DNA of 63,781 nucleotides, counting the filler, from Phoronis australis (taxonomy: Eukaryota; Animalia; Phoronida), in assembly GCA_002633005.1 (NCBI GenBank). It is 5 parts of 5 records of this genome, joined end to end, with 100 filler letters (N's around TTAATTAATTAA, not from the genome) between each part and the next. Parts side by side here need not be neighbours in the genome. Positions count along the whole stretch, not along the records: positions 21,767 to 43,224 come from NMRA01000013.1; 4 more parts are not named here. One strand, given 5' to 3'. Under the pieces are notes generated by a model, which saw only the letters and a list, made by a program, of their open reading frames with translations, ran no database searches and was not told the DNA's origin. Below, piece after piece: positions 25,101 to 37,000 of this stretch. The translations under genes were made by a program, and so were the position numbers. The stretch's first letter is position 1, and the number at the start of each line of letters is the position of its first letter.

Positions 25101-26394
25101 AAAAGGTAGAGTTAACAGATTAGTCATACCAAAATGACTAACAAACATGTAAGTAAACAAAGCAAAAATGCATGATCCATAATCAATTTAAATGTTTCAA
25201 TAATGAAGGTTTGAGGCTAGCTAACAGTCTCAGAACATTATAAATGACATTCCATGGTTTAGAATTCCCACTCTCACAGTTATGACGGACCTTATTTCTA
25301 ATATTAAGCCCGATTATCTAGCCAAGTGGCTAAAAAACTACACATTTTCTGAAACTAGAAAGTCTGTAGAATGTGATCTTTGACTTCATACCAATCACAT
25401 AATTTGGTCATGTGACCATGTCTTTTTAGTAAAACTGATAAGAAAAGAAAGGCACATTATCAGTATCAATAACATGATCAATTTTACATATATATGCTAC
25501 AGTTTTCCAAAACAACATTTCGTTTTATGCAACTTAAGACGTTTTCATAAAAATCCTAAAGTCTCTGCAAGCAAAACTGGAAATAGAGCATAAAACCTAG
25601 CATGTGAAAATCTAATATAATAACCATTTGTGAGACATGATGTTCCAAAGTTAGCCAAACTGGACGTTTTTCGAGTGTCCCACATAACTGTACGGAACAT
25701 TTTCCATGCTAAATCGTACAAAACGGTAATTCTTCATAACCCTTCTCAAATTTTTGCCTCACAAAATGTCTCACGTATCTCATATTATTTACATCAACCA
25801 CAACTGCGATCAGTTTCAATATAATAATCAACCTTCCCCTTTCATTTACCGCACAGCTATTTTTATCAACAGTTTGAGTTTCTCACCAATGCAATTCTTT
25901 TAACACAAACATTACATTCTTCCAATTCTTTTCTCATGAACCTTTGTTTAGTTGTAGCTAGACAAAGAATGCCAAGACAGATTTTCTTCATATAGAGAAA
26001 GCATGCACCACACAACCTAAATTGAAGCAAGAGCAACTGACGTGTCCTCCTTTCAGAGTGAAAAGAACAGCAGTTCAGGAGTAGCGAACCATGTCCACAA
26101 GAACAGATTTGAGGAACATGAGAAAACAAATCTACCTTTTGAGAACAGAATTGTGTTCATGATAATACAGGTGAAATGCTTCAGATGCCTTTAAGGCTAA
26201 TTTCGTGCATTGTAAGAACACCTGTGCAGACCATGAAGGAGCAAGACTGTGTCCTTGATGGTCTTGATGGTTACCTGAGTAGACCTCGCACACCTGTCTG
26301 GTCAGTGGTGACCTCACTGCGTAGCTGCAAAGCCTCTTCCAGCTTCTCTACATCTCTCTGAAGCTTTATGTTCTCTTCTGTGAACTGTTTTAAC
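22198..26394 (-). CDS. Coiled-coil / SAM-domain protein, 5' end unresolved; exons 26394..26276, 25022..24925, 23988..23056, 22623..22478, 22317..22198
   Basis: Five exons join in frame with GT-AG sites (phases 2,1,1,0). SAM domain: EVAAWLRTLHLGNVEKYIKMFADHELDLETVKLLSEEQLKSMGVTAVGSISKLLFAISEL. Charged helical segments on both sides (EENIKLQRDVEKLEEAL; KKKQEIQKKRNRVAADAKRKMRDELAAR). The last exon may instead splice on at AAAG|gtcagt. Confidence 0.8.
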
Positions 26395-26744
26395 CTGCAA
26401 ACAAGCATTGAAAGATTAAAATGACTGAGATGACTGTAGTAATTGTCGAGACAAATCAATTCCCAACCAGGAATCAGATATCATTTTAATTAAATAATGA
26501 ACACAGTGGTCATTAAACTTGAAACGAGTTGAGCCTGGATCGACATGGCTGAGTGCGAGTTAGGCAGGATAAGGCCAGAGTCAGGGACTACAACAAAACA
26601 GCTAGAGGCCAGATAGCAACCAGACAGTGACCACCATCTCTAGCTGGCTCGGTAGCGACGGTGTAGCTCCATAGACATTTTTCGGCAAAACATGGCTCAC
26701 ACTGACTAAGCCACCAAGTCGTGTTGTTATAAATACCCTGTGCA

Positions 26745-27066
26745 CATAGAGGGACACCTTAGGAGGCCGCCGATGTCTTTAATTCCTTCAAACACAAACA
26801 AGCATATCCTTATCAAACTTTTTCTTTGAGCTTTTGAGCAGTCCCTCGTTCAGTTCCCAAAATCAGTAACTGCCATTTTTACACGGCGCACGCCAGGGAA
26901 TATGACATCATACCACCGGCAATAGGCATTGTTAAAATTGTCCAGTTAACGATTTTGTTAATTGAATGAAGGACTTCTACTCCTCGAAGAAAGTTTGGTA
27001 ACAGGAGTATTTGTTTGGATTAGGAGAAATTAAAGACATCGACTGCCTCCAAGGTGTCCCTCTATG
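26745..27066. mobile_element. MITE with ~50-bp imperfect terminal inverted repeats
   Basis: CATAGAGGGACACCTT..GATGTCTTTAATT pairs with AATTAAAGACATC..AAGGTGTCCCTCTATG. Confidence 0.75.
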
Positions 27067-27599
27067 CAAATAAGATATCTATAAAAACGTGACTTTAATG
27101 TTTTAGTCAGTGCGTGATATAATTTGCAGAAAAGCTTCCAGCGTATGAAGCTGCTACAGGAGCTACACCGTCTTTATTTTGGAAGTCGGCCATTTTGTTT
27201 TTGGATGGGTCATTTTCAATCATTTCAATGTCCCAAGTTCCATTTCCAAAATTTTTATTAGTTAAACTCCACATTCTTAAGCCACCAAAAGTAAAGTAAC
27301 AGATTCTCAAATAAACGTTCTAAACGTACAATAAATGAGTCTGACCTCTCTGCCCACTAAAGTGTGAAATTCCACCTTTGAATGAAGGTCCAGGTTCAAA
27401 AACCTGAGAAAAGTTATCATACAATTCCAACTTCTTTCCATTTCAAAAACAAAATGAAAAATATTTGCATGCCTTTCTTGCACCTTGGTTGTTATAGAAG
27501 TCATATTAAAGAACACTGCAACTTAATACACCAAGCATATGGTGTTTTAAAATACTTGAATTTATGAACCACGATAACCACGTTCAACTTGGCCGCCAT

Positions 27600-28055
27600 T
27601 GAGGAATTCATGAACTTCTTGGTTTCCGTGCACAGGAGAGTTACATTCAATATATTCTTGTACAATAAATTGATGAATATTGGTAATAATAATAATATAG
27701 GATCTATTTAAAATTCAATGTGGAAACTTTGAATGTCAATCTTACGATACCATCAGTGAAAACGTTATATTTGTACTATACAACTCACATCCGGGAAATT
27801 ATTCAAGGCTGTGTTCCACAATTGCATGAGCTATCAAACAATATTACATCTCGCAAAATTTTGCGAGACTTTGACATACATTTACAGATAAACACGTGAT
27901 CAGATAAAAATTTCTCGCGAGTGTCGTGGGTCTTCGGATCTCATACCATGTGTAAACGTTGCCGAGGCACCGACAACTTTTATCTCTTCATCTCTCGTTC
28001 AATCTCAAGCGGTTCAGGATGCACTGTACTAGTTCTTGTTCAACTGGAATTTGCA
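27600..28055. promoter_or_regulatory. Probable bidirectional promoter between the SAM gene and the CBM-TIR gene
   Basis: Divergent gene orientation; palindrome TCTCGCAAAATTTTGCGAGA at 27850..27869 and TCTCGCGAGT at 27913 (one mismatch to the TCTCGCGAGA promoter motif). Confidence 0.4.
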
Positions 28056-31000
28056 ATGACTGAAACTGTCAATATAATCAAAAATCCTGACTTCGACGAG
28101 TGGGATGGATCATCCTTCTTGTCGTGGTACGGATTTGGATGGTGTGAATTGCGGCGCGGGACAAAATGTCAAGGAAAGAAGTCGTGTGAAGCAATCAACC
28201 GTAAACATGTGTATTCGGGCATGGCGCAGGATTTGGCTGATTCTTTGGAGCTCGGTATTGCTATTTTGAGTTGTTGATTGTAATCAGAAAATTGTAAAAT
28301 ATGCATCTGTTTTGTTACTTTCACATTTTAAAGTTATTCAATCAAGGAGCGAGGGGAAAGCCAGGGAGAGAAATGATAGCATTGGTACAAAGCCGTATAC
28401 GACATTCTTCATTCATAGTTCATACAGCTAGCTGGCTGGCAATAGGAGAGAGAATGCGTGCGGGCAGGTATACATGTATGTCCATGCACGAGGTGAAGCT
28501 AAGGTGGATGTATAGGCCTACTCTACATCGTCAGATCATGAGTACATGTCACTTAGATGGACTACTTTTGATGACCAAAATTCGTAAGGGTACCTTTTAT
28601 GCAATTCCCTGAAACCGATCCTGCTTTGAATCGCATTAAACATTCTTCAAAAAAGTTCCTTTTCCTACCTATCAGATTCTTAGTATAGTCACTGCATGTT
28701 TGCATAAATGTATTTGTCTCTTTTTGAATGTACAAAAGAGTTGGGACTTTCACGAAAATTTAGGTGTTTCGGGAATGGAAATCTACAGAATGGTCAGGAT
28801 TTTTTCAGGGAAACCCTATACAAAAGATTCCGGTTCAAATGCATGTAGAAGGCTACCCAGCCCTAATTTTCCAGCAGCACCCTTGGTCACTAACGTACCC
28901 CAGGGAGGGATGGTACACTTACCGTATATAAATACAATATCAGAGCATGTGGAAATGAAGTCTTTAACGAGAGTGGGCCAGTCGTTTGAGCTTTGAGAGA
29001 GCCAGGTTTAAACCCTGGCATAATTACTATCATAATTGCACAAACGCGTCTTTTTAATTCTCTGAGATTGGACTCTGGTGGATGTATGCTAGGAAGAGAA
29101 CATGAACCTGGAATTTGGAAGTGATTTCTAGAGTTATGGTCATATTTAAAAAATAGAACACAGATTTTTAGATGACACTGAAGCTGAGCAAAACATAAAA
29201 AGTGGGATTTTTCTGTGCATTAGCATTTTTTTTGCAAGAATGTTACCAACTAAAAAGTAGGATTGGATTTTATAGCAAAGACTCTATTAATAATAACATG
29301 AAGCCGTCCTAGAAAGATATCAGAAAGTCAATGAGGACTTGTCATTTAAAATTGAAACAAAAATCAACCGCCAATCACTAACTGATATTCTGATATCTGT
29401 GTTCAATTTAAAACTTATTTAATAAATCTGTGCTGTGAACTTAATTGTCACTTTTGTTGTCAATTTCAGGCAATCGCTATGAATTTTCGTCTCTTGTCAA
29501 ACTGTCACCGACGGCAAATGAGGACAGAAGTGAAGTTGTCCGGCTTCAGTTCCAGTACAAGCTGTCTGACCAGTCAGAAATATGTTATTTGAAAATTGCA
29601 GAGAAGTAAGGCTTCTGCTGTGAATATTCTTTAATTTGTAATACTGTTCATTTGGGATGCCGGCCTGAAGTTTTCTGAACCATGAAGTTGAATGTGTAAG
29701 GAATTTTTTTAGAGTTGAAGCCCCAGCACTAACTTTGAAAACTATTGTCTTTGCTCTGTTTTGGAGTGGAACAATGTAATTTTTGTTTTTCTTAGCCTAG
29801 AGTAACTGCTAAAATGTTCCTATTACGTGATAAAACTATGCATGGACCAATTGAAATCCACTGATTGCTTCATTTGGAAATTCTACTGCTGAAAACTAGA
29901 TTTACTTAAGTTTGTGTCTTTAGCCTCATATTTTATTAAAGGAATATGAGGGATTTAAGGCAGCTGAATAAATTTTGATTGAAACCATTCATGAAATTGA
30001 TCTCAAATTTGAACTGATTTGAGGGCTTTGAACAAACTGACAGTTCATTATTGCTTGAGATGAGGCTCCACAAGTTGGCTTGTCATTTTATGCATCTACC
30101 ATGGCCTTAAGGAATAACAAACTGTCAGGTATTTGCAAACCCAGCAACCACTTAAAATTTGAATATCAATGTCATAACGGTTACTAGTCTAAATCAAAAA
30201 TTCACTTCTTGGATCAGGAACACCTCGCCGTTGGGCTTGCTTTTAATAATGGCACCTCGTTTGGTTAAAGGTCACGAAAAAATGTCCTTGCTTGTAATAT
30301 TCAATCAAAATCATCTGGCAGGTACTATGATGCTTGCGCTTTGCATTTAATTTTCATAAAATTCGTAAGTAATTTTAAATAGAGGTAAATAACGTTTGTT
30401 GCATTTTTCACAATAGTGCACATCAGATTTTCTAAGCTTGTTTGATTTTAGGTAAATTCAGTGGGTAGTTTTAACATTCATCTTATAGGAATTTGAATGC
30501 AATAGACTGGCGGAAACTCAGCGGCACTATTTCGCTGCCCCATGCAGGACCAGACTGCAGGCTGGAGTCTGCCATCTTACATTTTGGCAGTCCGTGTGTT
30601 GAGACAAACTTCATGGTGGCTTGTACGAATCTGACGTTAGTGCCAAGTAAGTAAAGGAGGCAGAGGCAATTTCTAATGCGTGGCTCATTATTCATCCATT
30701 GGACACAGTGTCTGGCAGAGAAGTGAATCTTCTTTACCCTAAATTTCTCACTAATTTTAAGAATTTTCTGCTTCTACTAGTGTTCTTCATGGAGATTGCA
30801 TTGCACTGCTATTACTATACTACACTTGTCTAATTAGTTGCAAAGTAATGAACCTTTAGAAAATAGAAAAGCTGCAATTTTGTTGGTAGTAGTTCTGTGC
30901 TAAGTCATTGAGTTTGCAAAATGCAAAATCTCACTTTAAGGTTATGTAGGACCTTTTTCACAAACCTGCACATTTAGCCAAATATCTACAAAACTACTAC

Positions 31001-34000
31001 TCAATAAAAGTATTATTTTCCGAGAGTAGAAGGCTTGTAGAATTTGATTTTTGACTTAATAACATCAGTCTGCCATTTTAAAATACTAAAATTGAAATTG
31101 TCTTTTAAGTAATATTGAACAAAAAGGAAGGTACATCCTTAGCAAAACAATGTTATCAGATAAAAGAAGGACAGTTTTTGATAGCCCTCAATTTTGTGAA
31201 AGTGGAAAATGTTAGAACAATGCACTAAAAGCATAATTATCTATCCCGGTTGCATGACACGGTCCCAAATAGGGACTCAACTAAGTTTCTTAAATCTGCT
31301 ACATATTTGTGGGCTTTTGAAAACATTGATTGTCCTTTCTTATGCGGTTTGAGTATCATTACTCAGAAAATTTTGGCTTTGATACAAATCGAGAGTGAAC
31401 TCCGCATTGAATTCTTGATATTATTGATTATAAGTACTGGGATCTTTTCATGCAAAGCCCCAAATTTAAGAACTAAGTTCTTAATTATTTTGACTGAATT
31501 AAGGGCTCCATTTTTAGTTACCGTAATCGTTCGGGTTAACGCCCTGGGCGGTTAAATTGGCGAACCCAAAAAATCGGGGGTGGGCGGTTAACCAGACATG
31601 GGCGCTTAAACGTGAAATTTCAAGAAATCGGGGGGGGGGCGGTTAACTGAACATGGGCGCTTATTACGACAGGCAACCGCCCTGGGCGGTTAATCTTACC
31701 TTATGATCTGAGTCACCACACGTACTAAGCCACATACTGGGATCGCCTAACACTTTGAAAAGAACTTTATCGCCACCAAGTGCGTACTCTGCGCACTCTA
31801 ATTAACAAATAGTTTCGAAAATGTAGAGTGTGGTCAAACTCCGAACGCTTGCATAGAAAGTTTGCTACATAATATGGCGCCTCAGGTGAGACCGATTATT
31901 GCGAATTATGCTCATTANTACAATAATTTGTTACTGGTATCATAATTCACATTGCTAAACCGCGGTCTCTGAGGCCGTCGTTGCACTCAATGTTATCATC
32001 GATCTTAATCTAAAAGGTCGGGGATTCGCGTTTCCTATTAGCACAGGGCGGTAATCACCAATCGGCAAAAGTAGGGGATGGGCGGTTAACCGAGCAGTGG
32101 GCGGTTAATTGGAAATCTTCAAAAATAGCAGGGGGGCGGTTAACCGAGCAGTGGGCGGTTAAATCGAAATTCACCTAAAGTAGGGGGTGGGCGGTTAACT
32201 GAGCATGGGCGTTAACCCGAACGATTACGGTATATTGTTAGAAAATGTCATTGGTTAAAGAGGAGCTCATAATAAAGATGAAATTATAAAAATATTATAT
32301 CTGTTAGTGAATTACGCAACAGATATGCAAAAGATTTAGAGAATTTATTTGAGTCCCTGTTTGGGACTGTTTCATGCGACCGGACACTGCTGAAAATTTC
32401 ATATGAATCCGATCAGCTGTTACGAAGTTTGCCAAATTTTGTCTTACATGTAACCTTTAATACAGATTTTACATTGATATAGTAATGCCTTTGATGCAAT
32501 TTTTACTACATTCATTTATGCAAGGTCTTTTTATTGACGTTTTTTTTAGAAGTCACTGATGTTTCCACCAATTTGATCAGGAATCCAAATTTCGAGGTGA
32601 CAGAAAATCACGTGCCAGTATTTTGGGAACCATTCGGTAATGTGAAGTTCAAGGCTGGAGTGTTGCTTCACAATGGAACGGCATCTTGTCAAACGTACCA
32701 ACGACACGCACTGTGGAGTGGAGTGGGACAAAATCTCTTGTATGAAGTTAAATTAGGTAAACAGTGTTGTATATAATGTAGTAGGAACTTGTTAAATATG
32801 TATTGTCAAGGGTCTGTATGGGGTAGAGATAATATCTCTGGTTTGAAGTTAAATTTGTGTAAATAATGTTGGATAAAAAATTGGTTTTAACTTGTCATAC
32901 ACATTCAACAAAATACTGTGGGGATCAGAGTGGGCCAGGATCTCTGAAGTTATATTTCACAAAACTTTGTCTGGTGGTAGTATGGTTTGGAACTTAGGAA
33001 TGATAAAGCTTTATTTGGTGCTAGTTATCTTTTATGAAAAAGTGTACCATATTGTCCTAAATTAGTGGAATGTTGCGATAAATGCTACAGTTAACTGCAG
33101 AATGATTCGTGATTGGTATTGGGTGTTCTGATTTTTATTACTTTGCAGTATTATTGTGCAATATAACTGAGCAGTATTACTGAGCAGTATAAACTGCTGT
33201 ATTTCTGTGCAATAATAACTGTGCAGTGTTGATGTGCAACATTAACGTGCAGTATTAGTGTATGGTATTACTGTACAGTTAACAACCAGGACCTTTTCAT
33301 TGACAATAAATTTTTGTTCAAGAGTGAACTTCCTTCAAATTCCGGCGTGGTTATATAGTTGACTGTAGGCATTGACCTAAATGGATATGGAAGTCCTGCC
33401 AGGGTACTGTCCTCAATACAGTGTTTGATCCTTGATCTACTGTACCTTGACAATGAAAAAACAAAACTCAGTACATATACAAAATGAAATCACCATGGAA
33501 TACAGGCACCATATATCAGTGCTCTCTCAGTAATCAATAATGTACTGTGATTATTTTGATTACACATGCTCCCAGTGACTGAATTTAGTTTGTTTCATTT
33601 TTAGTGTTTGCTTTCAGGTGTAAATAAGTTGACTATTTATAAGCACTACCTATACAAAACACCTTTATATGACTCTCTAGAGATGACAAGAAGTTACCCA
33701 TACCAAGCTTGGTTGTAATTAAAGCCATGATTTAAAGTATGTAGCTGTGAAATAGCATATTCATTTTTTTCTTCAATTTCCAAAAATATGATTTTGTATG
33801 AGATGTTAAAATTAATGCCTGAAGTATGTAATGTGAACATACTAAATCAAGTTTGTCACTCTCCTAGTAACCTTCTTGGATTTCCCAAACAAAGACTGTT
33901 TTCTTAATTGAAGACCTTAAACAAGATAATGTTGACTTAGAAAACATGAAGTGTTTACCTGAAACTGCCTTCTTTTCATAGGCTTACCTTCAGTAAAATG

Positions 34001-37000
34001 TATTAGCTGTTCTGCCAGTGTTAATTTTCCACTGGAAAGAATTCAGCACTGACAATCAGATCAGTATGTGCACTGACTTTTCACTACCTGCGACTCCAGA
34101 TTTATCATTTTCTTCTCTAAACCAATTGATTTAACATCAAGTCAACATTCTTGACTTGGAGGACTTCAAGTTTGAAATAACGAAGGCATCACATTTACCT
34201 CACCTTTGAATTGTTGTTCATTTAGTCTGAAAGGTTTGATAGCTTTATGGTGTGCTGGTGAAGAAAATGATGTCAAACCTATAAGAAATACTCCGTGATT
34301 TATAATAAAACTATTGGTATTACTAGGATTTTTGTTATTATTTTCAAAATCATTATTTGTAGCGTTAATACTACTACTGTTACTGCTACTACTTTTATTA
34401 TTATTATTATTATTGTTGTTGTTTTATTGTTATGTTTGTGGGATATTTTGCATTGGGATATTTGTTGCAGTGTCTTCAAAGTAACTTGAATAAATAATTA
34501 TATAGTTTTTCTTACTTTAGGTTGTTTCCCTCAAACTTGACATGTGGCTCCTATCTCTGTCTTCCTACAGGTCACCGGTACAAGTTTTCTGCAGTGGTAC
34601 GACTAACAGATGATAATGAGTCATCTGAGAAACATCGCATATGCTGTACATTGAAGTTAAAATTACAGAACGAAAAAGACGAGCGATACCAGTTATTTGC
34701 ACTTGTAGAGTAAGTGAGATTAAAATTCCACTTTGTTCTTAAATCCCTCAAGAGACGTAGATGGTGCTGACTGTTGTCCACCAAATATTCTGTTACAAAT
34801 CCTTTTCATTATGTCACCGCTATACTGAGAAACGCAGAAACTGTAACAACCATCGAGGGATAACGCTGCTATCAATACCAGGGAAAGTATTTAGTAGGAT
34901 AATCTTACAACGAATCAAGTTCAAGGTAGATGAAAAACTTAGGGACCAACAAGCGGGTTTCAGGAAAGGCAGATCTTGCTCCGATCAGATAGCAACGTTA
35001 AGAATCATCCTCGAACAATCCATGGAATGGAACTCTCCCCTATTGATCAATTTTGTGGACTTTGAAAAGGCATTTGACAGCATTGACAGAAGCACGTTAT
35101 GGAAGGTCATGCGCCATTATGGCATCCCAGAAAAGATAGTGACACTGGTCAAAAACATGTACGAAGGAAGTAACTGCCGTGTTCTTCATGACGGTGAAAT
35201 GACAGACCCATTTGAAATTAGAACAGTAGTGAAGCAAGGCTGTCTTCTGTCACCTTTTCTTTTCAACCTAGTAATAGACTAGACAATGAGAGAGGTGACA
35301 ACAGGCAGAAGAAATGGAATACAGTGGAACATATAGACACAGCTGGATGACCTGGACTACGCAAATGACATCGCACTACTCTCTCACACAGCAGGCCAAA
35401 TGCGAAGGAAAACAGATGAACTGGACAAAACAGCATGGAAGATTGGCCTTGTCGTCAACAGTGGAAAGACAAAAATTCTTAACTTAACCCCAGAGACAGA
35501 AACACCAATTGAAATAAATGGATCAATCCTGGAGGAAGTTGAACATTTCACATACCTTGGCAGCGAGATAGATAAAAACGGGGGAACAAAGCTGACATAC
35601 GAGCAAGAATTGCCAAAGCCAGAACTGCATTGTACCAACTAATGAAAGTACGGAAAGCTAGGAAACTCGCTGAAACCAAAATTGAGATTCTTCAACTCAA
35701 ACGTGAAATCAGTACTGTTATATGGTCAGAGACCTGGACAAAACTAAAACAAACTTAAGAGACTGCAAACTTTTGTCAATTCATGCCTGAGAAAAATTTT
35801 GAGGATACAGTGGCCAGAAAGGATAAGAAATGAAGAATTGTGGGAAAGAACAGGACAGACACTAGTGGAAGAGGAGATCGGCTGAAGGAAATGGCACTGG
35901 ATTGGACATACACTAAGAAGACCAACAAGTAGCACTACCTTCCAGACATGCATTAAAGTGGAACCCACAGGGTAAACAAAATAGAGGCAGACCACGAATG
36001 ACCTGGAGAAGATGCATCACCGATGACATGGAGATGTTAGGATACTCATGGAAACAGCTAGAAGGAATTGCCCAGGACAGAACAAAATGGAAATCTCTGA
36101 TTCGTGGCCTATACCCTGGTAGGGGTGACGGGCATTGATGATGATACTGAGAAACAGCCAATTGGAATGGTAACTTTAAGGAAGAGTAGTGTTTTGCTTG
36201 TTTTAAAAACTTGATGATGATAGGTTTTTTAAAGTCAAGCTACATGGAACAAAGTTTCCCCCATTTTGATAATTATTTTAATTACTTTTCTAACACATTT
36301 GCTTACCAGAAGTAGCAAAGGTAGTGAACTATTACTCAACCTTTTAACCTCATCAACAGCAATGTAACTTCTGCTGATTGGTCAGAACTCAAAGGTCAAC
36401 TGAACATGCCCTTGGGAGCAGACGGCTCACTCCTGGAAACTGCCTTCATGTACTTTGACGGTCCTCCACATGATGTCAACTTTGTCATTGCTTCTGTCTG
36501 TCTTCATGATGTGACGCCCCCTGGTGTCAGACAGCAGTGTAAGTATACTGTTAAAGCCTATCTTGAACCGGAACACCTGTAAATTTAGTTCGTACAGTAT
36601 GTTAAAAGCATCGCTTTGTGTCTACTAGTGCCATCAATTGCAAAATGTAAGGAAATGTTAGGCGTATTGGCTTACTTTTGTCTACGTCACCGCGAGAATC
36701 ACCTTTTAATTCAAACAGCTGCAAATAACACCCGCACGCAATCGTGTTCAATTCAGACCCCTATTCGATACAACCATTATCAGCCTTTTGTTGTTTGTGC
36801 TGGGATCTTGCGGTGACGCAACTTGGCACGAAAAGGCAGCTTCACTTATCATTTGACGGGCTTACATTTGCGCGATTAAACTCGCGTTTTCTTATTTTAC
36901 TAAGGCTTTGCTAGGACTATCTGGTTAGCCCAATTTATCTAAAATAACAGAATTCTGTTGAAGTTAGCCTCTAACTGATCTGTAAGAAGTTGGCTACATC

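Noticed and set aside
26135-26222. Extra exon of the SAM gene (cag|GTGTTC..AAAAG|gtagat)
   Set aside because: In the required phase it contains an in-frame TAG; the flanking exons join correctly without it.
27107-27599. Candidate first exons of the SAM gene (ATGGCGGCC at 27599, ATGGCCGAC near 27193)
   Set aside because: No convincing donor and phase combination; left unresolved.
28056-36538. Bacterial xylanase contamination, recent horizontal transfer, or a GH10 enzyme
   Set aside because: The CBMs are split by spliceosomal introns containing host transposons, and no GH10 catalytic domain follows.
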